A stretch of 64,000 nucleotides of DNA from Fimicolochytrium jonesii (Eukaryota), in assembly GCF_025526975.1 (NCBI RefSeq), contig NW_026515701.1, positions 248,001 through 312,000 of the forward strand, in the 5' to 3' direction. Under the pieces are notes generated by a model. It searched no databases. It was not told where the DNA came from and saw nothing but the letters and a program-made list of their open reading frames with translations. Each line of letters opens with the position of its first letter. Position 1 is the first letter of the stretch. Positions 62,901 through 64,000 of the stretch are shown here, one piece after another. A program made the position numbers and the translations under genes.

Positions 62901-63883
62901 TTCCGTCTTATTCGCATGGCTTCCGCGGCCCACTGCGCCCAACTCCTGCCCATCCTTTGCCGACAAGAAACTTGTAAGCCCGACCGCCAAAGCGGGTCTC
63001 AAATTCAAACCAGAACTCAGCAACACGAGAAGAGAAGATGCTGCATCTCCGCCCACGGTAGTCCTTCACCGTAAAGAACTGTAACTGTATCGGATAGCGT
63101 GGTAGGTGTCAGTGATGGCAATTGTGACAATGGCAAGATTGGTAGGCAAAATAAAAGGGGCAAATGGGCGAGCACGACGCACACATACCTGACTCGCGAT
63201 GAATTCCCAGAGCCAGTGAGTGGGCCTCAGGCATCCTGAAACTACAGCCCGCATCGCCATCAGAGCAATGTCAATCACCTCCATATCCTCGAGGTCGGTG
63301 AGCTTGTGGTACTCAGTGTAGAGCTTTGCTGCTCGATACACATGTTTGTTCTCCTTTTCAAAGATGAAGGCACCTTTCTTGTCGTTGGCCAGGACTCGCT
63401 TGGTAGGCAGTGCTCCTTTTGCCAGCAACTGATCGTGGGTGAGACTCCCATTCCGACCTCAGAAACCCATGAGGCCAGTCTGCAGAAGATCTCCTTGCAT
63501 GGCTCTGTTCTTGTCGACCAGGCATTCAACTCTCTGCTTTGTCTCCTCATGTTCCTCCTGCAGTTTGGTGTAGGTCGTTTGCAGTTTGGTAAAGTCGTTT
63601 CCGAGTTTGGTATGTTCGGATTGGAGTTTGGTGGCCAAGGAAGCCTGCAACAAGATCCCATTCAGTTTCCAGGTGTCCTTGGACTCATTGCATTAGGCAT
63701 ATACAGTGCCAGAATGGTGAACATATTGTCGCTGTCGATACCATAGATGATTGAGTCGGTGGTGAGAAGTTGAGTCGGGGGCTTCAAGTTCGCATCAGGG
63801 GGAGTTCGATGGTAGCAGCCTCGGACACGATTCTGAATCTGAGCAACGATGAATACTGTCTGTTTGTTGTCAAGCCACTCATG
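59935..63883 (-). pseudogene. Large decayed P-element/THAP9-like DDE transposase
   Basis: Ordered motifs: NLVLPS, GVDETD (D1, ~62735), GTVDLG, VISVLCDGASH (D2, ~61858), IDLDHVMK (DxxH, ~61145), DDQCVPDAK..F..QVA, EAEFC..L..FFEALD, QSNDVENHFS (E, ~60525). Many stops and frameshifts; 5' end cut by an LTR. Confidence 0.72.
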
Positions 63884-64000
63884 TGTTATGGACGACGCGC
63901 CCATACCATAAGCTTACCTACTGACAGCCGCCAATGTCAACCGCCAAATGTCAAATGCCAATGTCAATGTCAATGTCAGTGTCAATGTCAGTGTCAATGT
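63884..64000 (+). mobile_element. Start of another LTR of the same Gypsy family, opposite orientation (truncated by window)
   Basis: TGTTATGGACGACGCGCCCATACC...(GTCAAT)n is the reverse complement of the LTR end. No PPT precedes it, so it is a 5' or solo LTR. Confidence 0.93.

Noticed and set aside
1..64000. tRNA or rRNA genes
   Set aside because: No cloverleaf/T-loop or rRNA signature seen by eye; tRNAscan-SE and Infernal would be needed to exclude them.

Overview
Gene-dense eukaryotic DNA with short GT-AG introns. The gene content (SMG9, RalGPS-like GEF, UVRAG/Vps38, PL14) points to an early-diverging fungus, probably a chytrid; this is inference. Positions 1-51.6 kb hold about 25 mostly housekeeping genes: Mge1/GrpE, CBP80, mitoribosomal bL31m, a C2 protein, PL14 lyase, SH3BGR, RhoGDI, Akr1, a GRAM protein, an atypical Rab, Pup3, an Oca6-like phosphatase, a RasGEF-PH protein, S1/P1 nuclease, lipase-3, UVRAG, SMG9 and others. 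This stretch also has a DUF6604-like pseudogene and a 341-bp TA-flanked MITE carrying telomere repeats. From ~52.4 kb to the window end is a nested transposon island. A full-length but defective Ty3/Gypsy chromovirus (53409-59495, TSD GCCTC) shows a Tf1-type self-priming signature and a -1 frameshift signal. It sits inside the last exon of a hidden TET/JBP-like 2OG-Fe(II) dioxygenase gene (HxD...H...Rx5Y) that appears only when the retroelement is removed. That gene lies tail-to-tail, about 55 bp apart, with a large decayed P-element/THAP9-like DDE transposase, which is itself interrupted by another LTR of the same Gypsy family. The best candidate for a new system is a P-like DNA transposon carrying a TET/JBP DNA-modifying enzyme. 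All calls come from manual reading and recalled motifs; no searches were run.
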